Part shown: positions 1 to 8,198 of the stretch, piece after piece
Layout: every line of letters begins with the position of its first letter
Position numbering within the stretch: position 1 is the first letter of the stretch
Made by a program: the position numbers and the translations under genes
From: Pseudomonadota bacterium
Lineage (GTDB): Bacteria; Desulfobacterota; Desulfobacteria; Desulfobacterales; C00003106
Direction: 5' to 3'
Length of the DNA stretch: 64,000 nt
Assembly: GCA_043818915.1 (NCBI GenBank)
Contig: JBDRFJ010000166.1
Location: forward strand, 37,641 to 101,640
The notes under the pieces: model-generated
The model's database searches: none
What the model was told of the DNA's origin: nothing
Seen by the model: the letters and a program-made list of their open reading frames with translations, nothing else

Positions 1-1
1 C

Positions 2-367
2 AGCCCCGGAGGAGGATTTCAGGGCGGAGTAATCCTGGGGGCAAGTATTATATTATTGGTCATTACCTATGGATTGGACAATACCCTGCGCAGGATGACC
101 GAGAGATTGAATACTATTCTGTGTTCTGCTGGAGTCTTTATATATGGTGGAATAGGGCTGTTGTGTTTAATACTTGGAGGAAATTACCTGGACTACGCGG
201 AACTTGACCAGATCCTGCATGTGGGTGTCGCTCAGGCACGATCGCTCGGCATTCTCGGTGTTGAGGTTGGTGTGGGGTTAGCTGTTATGGCTGTTATGAT
301 TTCAATCTTTTTCGATATATCCACAGGTGGATTACCTTCGGAAAAAATTGAGGGATTGAAGGATTAG
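2..367 (+). CDS. MnhB/MrpB (MbhF)-type antiporter-module membrane subunit, 5' end outside window
   Basis: Frame 2 is open from the window edge. The translation SPGGGFQGGVILGASIILLVITYG is followed by hydrophobic helices (GGIGLLCLILGG, LGILGVEVGVGLAVMAVMISIFF). The GGGFQGG core is typical of MnhB-type subunits. Confidence 0.7.
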   Translation, partial: SPGGGFQGGVILGASIILLVITYGLDNTLRRMTERLNTILCSAGVFIYGGIGLLCLILGGNYLDYAELDQILHVGVAQARSLGILGVEVGVGLAVMAVMISIFFDISTGGLPSEKIEGLKD

Positions 368-417
368 ACATTTTAGCTTGTCTGGCAAGAAAAGTATGTG
401 AGTTAAGGGAAGAAAAC

Positions 418-1356
418 TTGAAGATACAGGACATCAATAAACAATCTGCAAAGATGAGGCAGGTTTACAATATGATATTAAACCTGGCCCCCACTGATGC
501 CACGGTTTTGGTTCAGGGGGAAGAAGGGACGGAAAAGGCATTGGTGGCAAGATCTATTCACTTGAACAGCGCGAGAAAGAATAAACCATTTGAGGTGTAT
601 AACTGCTCAGCCTATCCCCAGTTTATTGTGGAAAGCGGAATTTTTGGCCACGAGGTCGATGCCTTTGAAGGCGCGGTATATCAGAAGAAAGGATGCTTGG
701 AACAGACTGACGGTGGAACAGTTTTTTTGTCTGAGATCGACAAAATTTCTCCAATAACTCAGATCAAACTTCAGAAATTTTTACAAGACCGGGAAGTTAA
801 AAGGCTTGGTGGGGAAAAGACTATCAAGACAAATGTCAGGATAATTGCCGCAGTTAACTCTGACCTGGGAAGAGAGGTAGAAAGAGGGACCTTTAATGAG
901 GAGTTCTCTTATATGCTGAATGTGATCAATATACATCTCCCTTCCCTCAGGCAGAGGAAAGAGGATATCCACCTTTTAGTAGAATACCTCTTGGAAAGAC
1001 TAAATACGGAAATGGGGAAAAATGTCAAGGGCGTGACACCAGATGTAATGCAGATACTAATGGATTACCCCTGGCCCGGCAATGTCAAGGAATTAGAAAA
1101 TACCATCCAGCATGCTTTCCTGTTAACAGAAGGTGAAGTAATTGAGCGCGATTCTTTGCCGTCCCGCATCTTGGATGAGGTTTTAACCGAACAGGATGAG
1201 GTAATAACTTCTTTCGAAGAAAACGAAAAGCGGTTCCTTATAAAGACCTTGCAAGAGTGCAACTGGAACAAATTACAGGTTGCAAAGCAGCTCAACGTGA
1301 GTCGCAGCACATTATACGCAAAGCTTAAAAAGTACAACTTGACCACAAACCAGTAG
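418..1356 (+). CDS. sigma-54 enhancer-binding-protein-like regulator (AAA+ core plus Fis-type HTH), no sensor domain, degenerate catalytic motifs
   Basis: Collinear with the NtrC-family central domain (VLVQGEEGTEKALVARSIH, GGTVFLSEIDK, VRIIAAVNSDL, LRQRKEDI, YPWPGNVKELEN) and a C-terminal HTH (NKLQVAKQLNVSRSTLYAKLKKY). TTG start at 418 follows AAGGGAAG; an alternative ATG lies at 454. Confidence 0.8.
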   Translation: MKIQDINKQSAKMRQVYNMILNLAPTDATVLVQGEEGTEKALVARSIHLNSARKNKPFEVYNCSAYPQFIVESGIFGHEVDAFEGAVYQKKGCLEQTDGGTVFLSEIDKISPITQIKLQKFLQDREVKRLGGEKTIKTNVRIIAAVNSDLGREVERGTFNEEFSYMLNVINIHLPSLRQRKEDIHLLVEYLLERLNTEMGKNVKGVTPDVMQILMDYPWPGNVKELENTIQHAFLLTEGEVIERDSLPSRILDEVLTEQDEVITSFEENEKRFLIKTLQECNWNKLQVAKQLNVSRSTLYAKLKKYNLTTNQ

Positions 1357-1434
1357 AAGACCGAGTTAGGGGTGCGGAGTCAATAAATCCACAATCCACA
1401 TTACGCAATCCGAATTCGATTTGGGAGTGTTGAG

Positions 1435-1701
1435 ATGGAAAATTTCTTTTTGGGGGTGAGTATCTTCCTCTGTTTTCTTGTTCTTCTTTGTCTCTATCGG
1501 GTAATGTACGGCCCGACTATTATTGACCGAATTGTAGCAGTTGGAGCGATCGGCACAAAGACATTAGCGGTACTGGTGTCGATGGGATTTATCTACGGTA
1601 GGATAGAGATGTTTTTGGATATCATCATGGTTTACGCTCTTCTGAACTTTATCGGGACCCTGGCGGCAGCAAAGTACTTTGAAGGGAAAGGTGAGATTTG
1701 A
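1435..1701 (+). CDS. mrpF: Mrp-type antiporter subunit F
   Basis: 88-aa three-helix protein. YRVMYGPTIIDRIVAVGAIGTK and YALLNFIGTLAAAKY resemble the MrpF/MnhF/PhaF family. Confidence 0.85.
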   Translation: MENFFLGVSIFLCFLVLLCLYRVMYGPTIIDRIVAVGAIGTKTLAVLVSMGFIYGRIEMFLDIIMVYALLNFIGTLAAAKYFEGKGEI

Positions 1702-2024
1702 TGGAAATTATAACAGCAATATCTGTAGTATTAATTTTGGCGGGGTGCTTCTTTTTTACCACAAGCACGATTGGCCTGTTACGGTTTCCGGACCTTTATG
1801 CCCGGATGCATGCCACAGGAAAGGGTGATACCCTGGCAGTGCTCTTATTGCTCATCGGGTATTCCATATATCATGCCGCACATCATGGAGCTATATTGGA
1901 CAGTATAAAGTTGCTCGTTGTTGCTGTCTTTATGTTTTTGGCTAGTCCTACCGCGTGTCACGCTATTTCCAGGGCTGCGTTCCGGTGTGGTGTCAAACCG
2001 TGGACCAGGGAGGGAAGCAAATGA
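1701..2024 (+). CDS. mrpG: Mrp-type antiporter subunit G
   Basis: LLRFPDLYARMHATGKGDTLAVLLLL is the MrpG/MnhG signature. ATG at 1701 overlaps the mrpF stop (TGATG) and follows AAAGGTGAG. The ORF track starts at TTG 1698. Confidence 0.85.
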   Translation: MEIITAISVVLILAGCFFFTTSTIGLLRFPDLYARMHATGKGDTLAVLLLLIGYSIYHAAHHGAILDSIKLLVVAVFMFLASPTACHAISRAAFRCGVKPWTREGSK

Positions 2025-2266
2025 TCTGGCAACTCGATCTCATACTACTTCTTTTTGTTCTTATATGTGCCATCGGGGCGCTCGCTGTGAAAGATCTCTT
2101 GGGCGCAGTTATTATTCTGGGCGCGTATAGTTTCTTTATGTGTCTCCTCTGGACTGAGATGGGGGCAGTGGATGTTGCCTTTACCGAAGCGTCAGTGGGC
2201 GCCGGAGTAGGGACGGTTCTCTTCATTGCCGCGGTCAATAAAACTACAAGGAGGTCAAAAGATTGA
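2021..2266 (+). CDS. MbhD-like (DUF4040-type) small membrane subunit of Mrp/Mbh modules
   Basis: ATG 2021 overlaps the mrpG stop (ATGA). This 81-aa helical protein (LLLFVLICAIGALAVKDLLGAVIILGAYSFFMCLLWTEMGAVDVAFTEASVGAG) resembles the MbhD / MrpA C-terminal segment. The 1955 start in the ORF track lies inside mrpG. Confidence 0.65.
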   Translation: MIWQLDLILLLFVLICAIGALAVKDLLGAVIILGAYSFFMCLLWTEMGAVDVAFTEASVGAGVGTVLFIAAVNKTTRRSKD

Positions 2267-2547
2267 AAGTAGCCGCTCTTATCGCAGCCATTATGACAGG
2301 TGCGTTGCTCATATACGGCACTGCTGAAATGCCGGGGTGGGGTGACCCGAACTCTCCTGCCAGCTCACACGTTTCACCAAAGTATATCCAGGAGGCCATA
2401 GAGAAAACAGCAACACCGAATATGGTTACGGCAGTACTTGCGGATTACAGGGGTTATGACACGCTGGGTGAGACCGTAGTAGTTTTTACAGCCGGGATTG
2501 GCTGCATTTTGATGTTGAGAAAGAAGCGTAAGGGAGAAGGAGACTGA
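2263..2547 (+). CDS. MbhE-like subunit carrying only the N-terminal half of an MnhB-type domain
   Basis: TTG start 8 nt after AAGGAGG, overlapping the previous stop. TPNMVTAVLADYRGYDTLGETVVVFTAGIG is the D-x-RG-x-DTLGE block found at the start of MnhB-type domains. At 94 aa it lacks a GGGFxGG half. Confidence 0.65.
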   Translation: MKVAALIAAIMTGALLIYGTAEMPGWGDPNSPASSHVSPKYIQEAIEKTATPNMVTAVLADYRGYDTLGETVVVFTAGIGCILMLRKKRKGEGD

Positions 2548-2548
2548 T

Positions 2549-2944
2549 ATGCTCGACTACGTAATCAGCAAATACAACTTCTGGATATATGTAATTCTGA
2601 TGATGATAGGGCTTTATGCGATGATGGGTAAGAGGAATCTCATCAAGAAACTGATCGGGATGAATATATTCCAGTCCGCGGTAATCCTATTTTTTATTTC
2701 TATAGGCGTGAAAGCAGGCGCGACAGTTCCGATACTTTCCGGGCATGGTCACGGCCACGGTCATGAAGTCATTGATGTCGCCCAATACATAAACCCCTTG
2801 CCCCACGTACTTATGCTTACGGCGATTGTGGTATCTATTGCCACAACCGGTGTTGCGCTTGCGGTGCTCATTTTAATCTACAGAAGATATAACACCTTGG
2901 AAGAAGATGAAATTCTGAAGATTCGACAAGAGACAGGAGTCTAA
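2549..2944 (+). CDS. mrpC: Mrp-type antiporter subunit C (NuoK-like)
   Basis: NIFQSAVILFFISIG and PLPHVLMLTAIVVSIATTGVALAVLILIYRRY match MrpC/MnhC. It contains an inserted GHGHGHGHE loop. Confidence 0.85.
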   Translation: MLDYVISKYNFWIYVILMMIGLYAMMGKRNLIKKLIGMNIFQSAVILFFISIGVKAGATVPILSGHGHGHGHEVIDVAQYINPLPHVLMLTAIVVSIATTGVALAVLILIYRRYNTLEEDEILKIRQETGV

Positions 2945-2946
2945 AT

Positions 2947-4458
2947 ATGGCAGAACAATTTGCTGCTTTGGTTATAGTGGTCCCCTTGATTGCTTCTTTC
3001 TTTGTCCCGCTAATTGGATGGTGGAAAAAACAGCTTTGCTATCCGTTTGTTGTCGCCGTGCTTATCGTACCTCTTATCTCTTCTTTGGGCGTACTAAATA
3101 CTGTAATGACGACCGGCAAATTTTCCTATCATCTTGGAGGGTGGGAGCCTCCCTGGGGTATAGAATATGCGCTGGATCATCTCAGTGCATTTGTGATGGT
3201 TGTCGTTTCTTTTATCAGCCTGATCGTTGCTATCTATTCAAAAAAATCTGTGGAAGACGAGCTGCCGGAAAAGACAGTCCCCTTTTATACGCTTTTTCTC
3301 CTCCTTGTCACCGGACTCCTGGGGATTGTGATTACCGGTGATGCGTTCAATCTCTTCGTCTTTTTAGAGATTTCCGCCCTTTCTTGCTATGCCTTGATCG
3401 CAATTGGTGAGGATGGGGCGCCGATTGCCACCTTCAATTATATTATTATAGGTACTATCGGGGCCTGCTTTTATCTGTTAGGCGTTGGGTATCTCTACAT
3501 AGCAACGGGATCGCTTAACATGGCAGACTTGGCCGCCATACTCCCTGATATGTATCATTCCAAAGTCATCCTTGTTGCGTTTGCTTTTTTTACTGTCGGT
3601 GTGGCGATCAAGGGAGGGCTCTTTCCGTTGCACATATGGATGCCGGATGCTTATTCTGCCGCCCCCAATGCGGTGAGCGCGCTTATTGCTCCTTTAATGA
3701 CCAAAGTGGCCGCGTACGTGATGATCAGGATAATGTTTACGGTATTTCAGCCGAGTTTTTCCGTGGAGACGCTACCGGTATTTACCATACTGGGGTGGCT
3801 CTCTGTTGCCGCCATTTTGGCGGGTGGTATGTGGGCCATAGCACAAAGAGACGTGAAGAAGATGCTCGTCTATATACTTGTCGCAGAAGTGGGGTATATA
3901 GTCATAGGTGTAAGTGTAGGGAATCGCACAGGTCTTACAGGGGCTATTCTTCATATCATGAATGACGCGGTCATGATGGCATGCCTCTTTTTAGTAGTGG
4001 GTGCGATAGCTTACAAGACAGGAAATAGAGACATCTATCAAATGCGGCACTTAAATAAAAAGATGCCGTTTACCATGGCCGCTTTTACCATAGCCGCTCT
4101 TTCCATGGTCGGAATACCGCCGGCATGTGGCTTTTTCAGCAAGTGGTATCTGATTCTGGGTGCGATCGATGCTCAAAAATGGGTTTTTGTAGCGACCCTT
4201 TTAATCAGCAGTTTAGTAAATGCGATCCTGTTTTTTAGAGTTATCGAGTACGCTTATTTTTCACCCCATGAGGAACATGGACAAGAAGATGCACACGCAA
4301 GTCATAGCTCCGGTCATGGCGAAGTTGTCCGGGATGAGGCGCCGTTGAGTATGTTGATCCCCATACTTATTATGGCAGCAAGTATATTGGTACTTGGTCC
4401 TTTTAGTGGGAAGATTATAAATTCGATAATTCAGTTTGCTGTTCCAGCAGGTTTTTAA
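2947..4458 (+). CDS. proton-conducting antiporter-like subunit (MrpD / NuoN-M family)
   Basis: 503-aa polytopic protein with family blocks (GDAFNLFVFLEISALSCYALI, PLHIWMPDAYSAAPNAVSALIAPLMTKV, GIPPACGFFSKWYL). RBS AGGAG precedes the ATG. Confidence 0.9.
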   Translation: MAEQFAALVIVVPLIASFFVPLIGWWKKQLCYPFVVAVLIVPLISSLGVLNTVMTTGKFSYHLGGWEPPWGIEYALDHLSAFVMVVVSFISLIVAIYSKKSVEDELPEKTVPFYTLFLLLVTGLLGIVITGDAFNLFVFLEISALSCYALIAIGEDGAPIATFNYIIIGTIGACFYLLGVGYLYIATGSLNMADLAAILPDMYHSKVILVAFAFFTVGVAIKGGLFPLHIWMPDAYSAAPNAVSALIAPLMTKVAAYVMIRIMFTVFQPSFSVETLPVFTILGWLSVAAILAGGMWAIAQRDVKKMLVYILVAEVGYIVIGVSVGNRTGLTGAILHIMNDAVMMACLFLVVGAIAYKTGNRDIYQMRHLNKKMPFTMAAFTIAALSMVGIPPACGFFSKWYLILGAIDAQKWVFVATLLISSLVNAILFFRVIEYAYFSPHEEHGQEDAHASHSSGHGEVVRDEAPLSMLIPILIMAASILVLGPFSGKIINSIIQFAVPAGF

Positions 4459-4478
4459 GTACGAAAAAAGGAGGTTTG

Positions 4479-5972
4479 ATGGAAGTTGTAACCTCGATAA
4501 CGCCGTTATTGACTGTTCTCGTCTCTGCAACAGGGGCATGTCTTATTCTCGCAACAGGGGAAAGGCATAGGAACCTAAGGGAAACATGGACTATTATCGC
4601 GGCGGTAATTAAGTTTGCACTTGTCGTATCCCTGGTCCCGCTGGTCCTTAAGGGGACGATAGTGGAATACACTATCATTGAGCTGGCGCCCGGTCTCCTG
4701 CTACAGCTCAAGGTAGAGCCTTTTGGGATGATATTTGCGCTATTGGCATCTACACTCTGGATTGCCACCTCTTTTTACTCCATAGGATATATGAGGGGAT
4801 TGAAGGAGCATGCGCAGACACGATATTTCTTCTGTTTTGCCGTCTGCCTTTCAGCAACCATGGGGATTGCCTTTGCCGCCAACCTGCTCACCTTTCTTGT
4901 GTTCTACGAGATACTGACCATTGCCACCTATCCACTTGTCATGCACATGGAAACCGAAGAGGCCTTCTTGGGGAGCAGGAAATATCTTGTCTATACATTA
5001 ATAGCAGGGGTAGTCATACTTTTTGCCATAGCCATGATTTACCGGATGACAGGGACACTTGATTTTACCCCCGGCGGCTTTTTGGCCGGACATGGCAGCG
5101 CCACGATGCTCACGTTCCTTTTTTTCCTACTCATAGCGGGATGCGGCGTAAAGGCCGGCATCATGCCCTTTCATGAATGGCTTCCAACCGCAATGGTCGC
5201 GCCAACACCGGTAAGCGCTCTTCTTCATGCCGTAGCGGTCGTAAAAGCCGGGGTATTCGGCTGCCTAAGAATCATACTGTACGTCTTTGGACCGAACCTT
5301 CTCCATGATCTCGGACTATGGCTGATTCTCGCCTATGTTGTATCATTTACCATCATTGTCTCCGCCATGATCGCGCTTGCCCAGGATAACCTCAAACGTA
5401 GACTTGCCTTTTCAACCATAAACAACCTGGCAATCATTATTCTCGGAGCTGCCATACTCACGAAAGATTCTATCACGGGCGGAATGATTCATTTAATGAA
5501 TCACGGATTTATGAAGATCACTCTATTCTTTGTAGCCGGCGCTATCTTTGTAAAAACCCACAAGAAAAATATCAGTGAATTGGACGGACTGGGGAGACAG
5601 ATGCCTCTTACTTTTGGGGCGTTTACCATAGCCGCCCTCGGTCTGGCGGGTGTTCCTCCGGCATGCGGTTTTATAAGCAAGTGGTTTCTATGTCTGGGAT
5701 TTTTAGAGGCAAAACAGCTCTTCTTTCTCGGTGTCTTGCTTACCAGCGCCATGCTCGATATAGCGTTCTTTGCCCCGATAATATACGGTGCATTTTTTAA
5801 AGAACCAAAACCGGATGTGTCGCCCCACTTTGATGAGGCACCCATGTTAATGGTGATTCCTATACTGGTAGCTGTTAGTGTTTCGGTGTTGTTATGTATT
5901 TCACCAAATGCCTTTGTTCACGCCTTTGACTTTGCGAGAATGGCCACCATGAGTATTCTGGGAGCAGGATAA
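4479..5972 (+). CDS. proton-conducting antiporter-like subunit (MrpD / NuoM family), second copy
   Basis: PFHEWLPTAMVAPTPVSALLHAVAVVKAGVFG and GVPPACGFISKWFL blocks. ATG 4479 lies 6 nt after AAGGAGG; the ORF track starts at TTG 4476. Confidence 0.9.
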   Translation: MEVVTSITPLLTVLVSATGACLILATGERHRNLRETWTIIAAVIKFALVVSLVPLVLKGTIVEYTIIELAPGLLLQLKVEPFGMIFALLASTLWIATSFYSIGYMRGLKEHAQTRYFFCFAVCLSATMGIAFAANLLTFLVFYEILTIATYPLVMHMETEEAFLGSRKYLVYTLIAGVVILFAIAMIYRMTGTLDFTPGGFLAGHGSATMLTFLFFLLIAGCGVKAGIMPFHEWLPTAMVAPTPVSALLHAVAVVKAGVFGCLRIILYVFGPNLLHDLGLWLILAYVVSFTIIVSAMIALAQDNLKRRLAFSTINNLAIIILGAAILTKDSITGGMIHLMNHGFMKITLFFVAGAIFVKTHKKNISELDGLGRQMPLTFGAFTIAALGLAGVPPACGFISKWFLCLGFLEAKQLFFLGVLLTSAMLDIAFFAPIIYGAFFKEPKPDVSPHFDEAPMLMVIPILVAVSVSVLLCISPNAFVHAFDFARMATMSILGAG

Positions 5973-6181
5973 TGAAAAAGAAGCTTAAGATGATATTCTT
6001 CATCTCACTTGGGTTGAGTATTGTTATAGGATTTCCTATTCACAAGCACCACATCGCCTTTCCCTGGCATAAGATACCATGTATCGATGCAATCTTAGGA
6101 GTCCTTGGTACTCTTATATTGATAGGAGCCAAAAAGACAGTGGCGCTCTTTGCTACAAGGGAGGAAAACTTTTATGACTAA
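5972..6181 (+). CDS. small two-helix membrane protein of unknown function inside the Mrp-type cluster
   Basis: 69-aa ORF with two hydrophobic stretches. The start overlaps the upstream stop (TAATG) and the end overlaps the next gene by 8 nt, which suggests translational coupling. I recognised no family. Confidence 0.5.
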   Translation: MKKKLKMIFFISLGLSIVIGFPIHKHHIAFPWHKIPCIDAILGVLGTLILIGAKKTVALFATREENFYD

Positions 6182-7856
6182 TGCTGTGCCGCCTGGCATT
6201 ATATTCTTGTTGGGAGCGCTTCTTATCCCGTTGATTAGACCAAGAGTGCTGAAGCAGGCCTATCTCCTCCTGGTTCCCCTGATTACCTTCCTGGACATCT
6301 TAAAGCTGAAACCAGGAGTGAGTTGGACCTATAAGTTTTTGGAATATGAACTCATTTTTTCAAGGGTTGACAGGCTGAGTCTGTGCGTTGGATATGTCTT
6401 CGTAATAATAGGATTGTTTGCTATAATCTATGCGTTGCACGTAAAAGAGGACGGACAGCATGTCGCGGCGTTCATGTACGTGGGATCATCGCTAGGCGTG
6501 GTATTTGCCGGAGATCTCTTCACTATATTTTTCTTCTGGGAGATAATGGCGGCCACCTCTGTCTTTCTCATATGGTATAGCAGGAGTAAAGAATCTCTCG
6601 ATGCCGGATATCGGTATTTGCTGGTGCATATACTGGGCGGGTGCTGTCTGCTGGCAGGTATCATTATTCATGTTGCGGCAACGGGCTCGATCACGGTAGG
6701 GCCGACAGGTGGCGGCTTATCTTACTGGCTCATGATGCTGGGGTTTGGATTGAATGCCGCCTTTATTCCTCTTCATACATGGCTTCCCGATTCTTACCCG
6801 CGTGGTACTCTCACCGGTAGCGTCTTTATGTGTGTGTACACTACAAAGACAGGTGTTTATGTTTTGGCCAGGTATTTTTCCAACGTGGAGTTTGTGGCCT
6901 ATATGGGCGTGATCATGTGTGTGTACGGAGTTGTTATGGCATTGATGCAAAATGATGCCAGGAAACTCCTCTCCTATCACATCATAAGTCAGGTAGGATA
7001 CATGGTTGCGGGCGTTGGGATAGGTACCGAACTGGCAATAAACGGCTCAATTGCCCATGTGTTTAATCATATTTTATATAAAGGTCTTCTCTTTATGTGC
7101 ATGGGTTCGGTTATACTCATGACGGGAAAGAGGAAACTTTCCGAGTTGGGAGGGCTGGCTAAGTATATGCCTGTAACCTGTGTTTGCTGCATAATAGCAT
7201 CTCTTTCCATTTCCGGCGCTCCCGGTTTTAACGGGTATATAAGCAAAGGGATGGTCATACTGGCTGCTGTTGAAAAGCACGACCCGTTTCTTGAGCTTAT
7301 GATGCTGCTGGCTGCAGTCGGCACATTCCTTTCCTTTGTAAAACTTTGCTATTATACATTTTTTGCTGAAAACAAAGCGATAAAGGCAAAGGAATCCCCC
7401 TGGAACATGCAGATAGCTATGATTCTGACTGCTTTTTCCTGTGTTCTTATCGGAGTTTACCCACAAGTGCTGTACGGCGTACTGCCCTACGCTGGCGTTG
7501 AATCCTATTATCACGCCTATACGGCCGACCATGTTATGGGAATTGTCCAGCTCTTCCTTTTTGCCGGCCTGGTCTTTATGCTGGCCAAGAAATTTTTTGA
7601 TCCTCACAACGTACTCGTGCTCGATCTCGATTATTTCTATCGACTGGGAGGACGGGCCATAGCGTGGAGCTGTGATAAGATCTTAAGCAACTTGAGGATT
7701 GCGGTTCAGGCGTCCGCTACTAAATTTAGAGTGTCTCTCGTGAATTTAGGAGATAACCCCTCTCTGGGTCCCAAAAGGAGACCGGTAGGCATGGGGGCCG
7801 GCTGGGCTATTATTTTTCTCTTTATCTTTGGTTTGATCTATATGAGCGTGGGATAA
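6174..7856 (+). CDS. proton-conducting antiporter-like subunit (MrpA/MrpD / NuoL family), third copy, with C-terminal extension
   Basis: PLHTWLPDSYPRGTLTGSVFMCVYTTKTGVYVLAR and GAPGFNGYISKGMV blocks. ATG 6174 follows GGGAGG. The C-terminal ~85 aa comprise a charged/amphipathic stretch followed by one last hydrophobic helix. Confidence 0.85.
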   Translation: MTNAVPPGIIFLLGALLIPLIRPRVLKQAYLLLVPLITFLDILKLKPGVSWTYKFLEYELIFSRVDRLSLCVGYVFVIIGLFAIIYALHVKEDGQHVAAFMYVGSSLGVVFAGDLFTIFFFWEIMAATSVFLIWYSRSKESLDAGYRYLLVHILGGCCLLAGIIIHVAATGSITVGPTGGGLSYWLMMLGFGLNAAFIPLHTWLPDSYPRGTLTGSVFMCVYTTKTGVYVLARYFSNVEFVAYMGVIMCVYGVVMALMQNDARKLLSYHIISQVGYMVAGVGIGTELAINGSIAHVFNHILYKGLLFMCMGSVILMTGKRKLSELGGLAKYMPVTCVCCIIASLSISGAPGFNGYISKGMVILAAVEKHDPFLELMMLLAAVGTFLSFVKLCYYTFFAENKAIKAKESPWNMQIAMILTAFSCVLIGVYPQVLYGVLPYAGVESYYHAYTADHVMGIVQLFLFAGLVFMLAKKFFDPHNVLVLDLDYFYRLGGRAIAWSCDKILSNLRIAVQASATKFRVSLVNLGDNPSLGPKRRPVGMGAGWAIIFLFIFGLIYMSVG

Positions 7857-8198
7857 AGTTAAAAGTGAAAAGTTAAAAGTTGCAGATCTGAAGATCCGAA
7901 GACAGAAAGGAGGATTCTATAAAATCGGACGTTAAGAGTAATATGGAAATGTTTTAGGTAAAATTATACTTCAATTGTTCTACACTCTTTTCTTATTAGT
8001 CATTCCACCGTAATTTTCTAACATATTATTGTTACAGCTAATTTTTGCTTAACGTGATGATTTAACCCGCCATTTTTTATTACTGTTTTCCTTTTCTTCT
8101 TGACAAAAAAGACAGTTCATTATATTGCGAACAATCGCGTTATAAGTTCAATTACAACAGACCTATAGACTAGACCTAAGTTGAAAGAGAGAGCGAGT

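Noticed and set aside
381-400. TGGCAA at 383 as a sigma-54 -24 element upstream of the activator-like gene. TGGCAC/TGGCAT strings at 6193, 32701, 54447 and 55214 were also considered.
   Set aside because: None has a TTGC -12 element at the required spacing, and most lie inside coding sequence.
1955-2020. N-terminal extension of the MbhD-like ORF
   Set aside because: It lies entirely inside mrpG in another frame. The ATG at 2021 gives the usual ATGA coupling and a protein that starts at its first hydrophobic helix.
7074-7607. 177-aa antisense ORF inside the third antiporter-like gene. Similar shadow ORFs lie at 8877-9425, 34035-34601, 40236-40829 and 48610-49194.
   Set aside because: All lie opposite genes with strong family signatures and have no motifs or ribosome-binding sites of their own.
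8100-8126. TTGACA ... TATATT as the rnf promoter
   Set aside because: Both hexamers are good, but the spacer is only 15 nt. It is plausible but too uncertain to list as a feature without transcription-start data.
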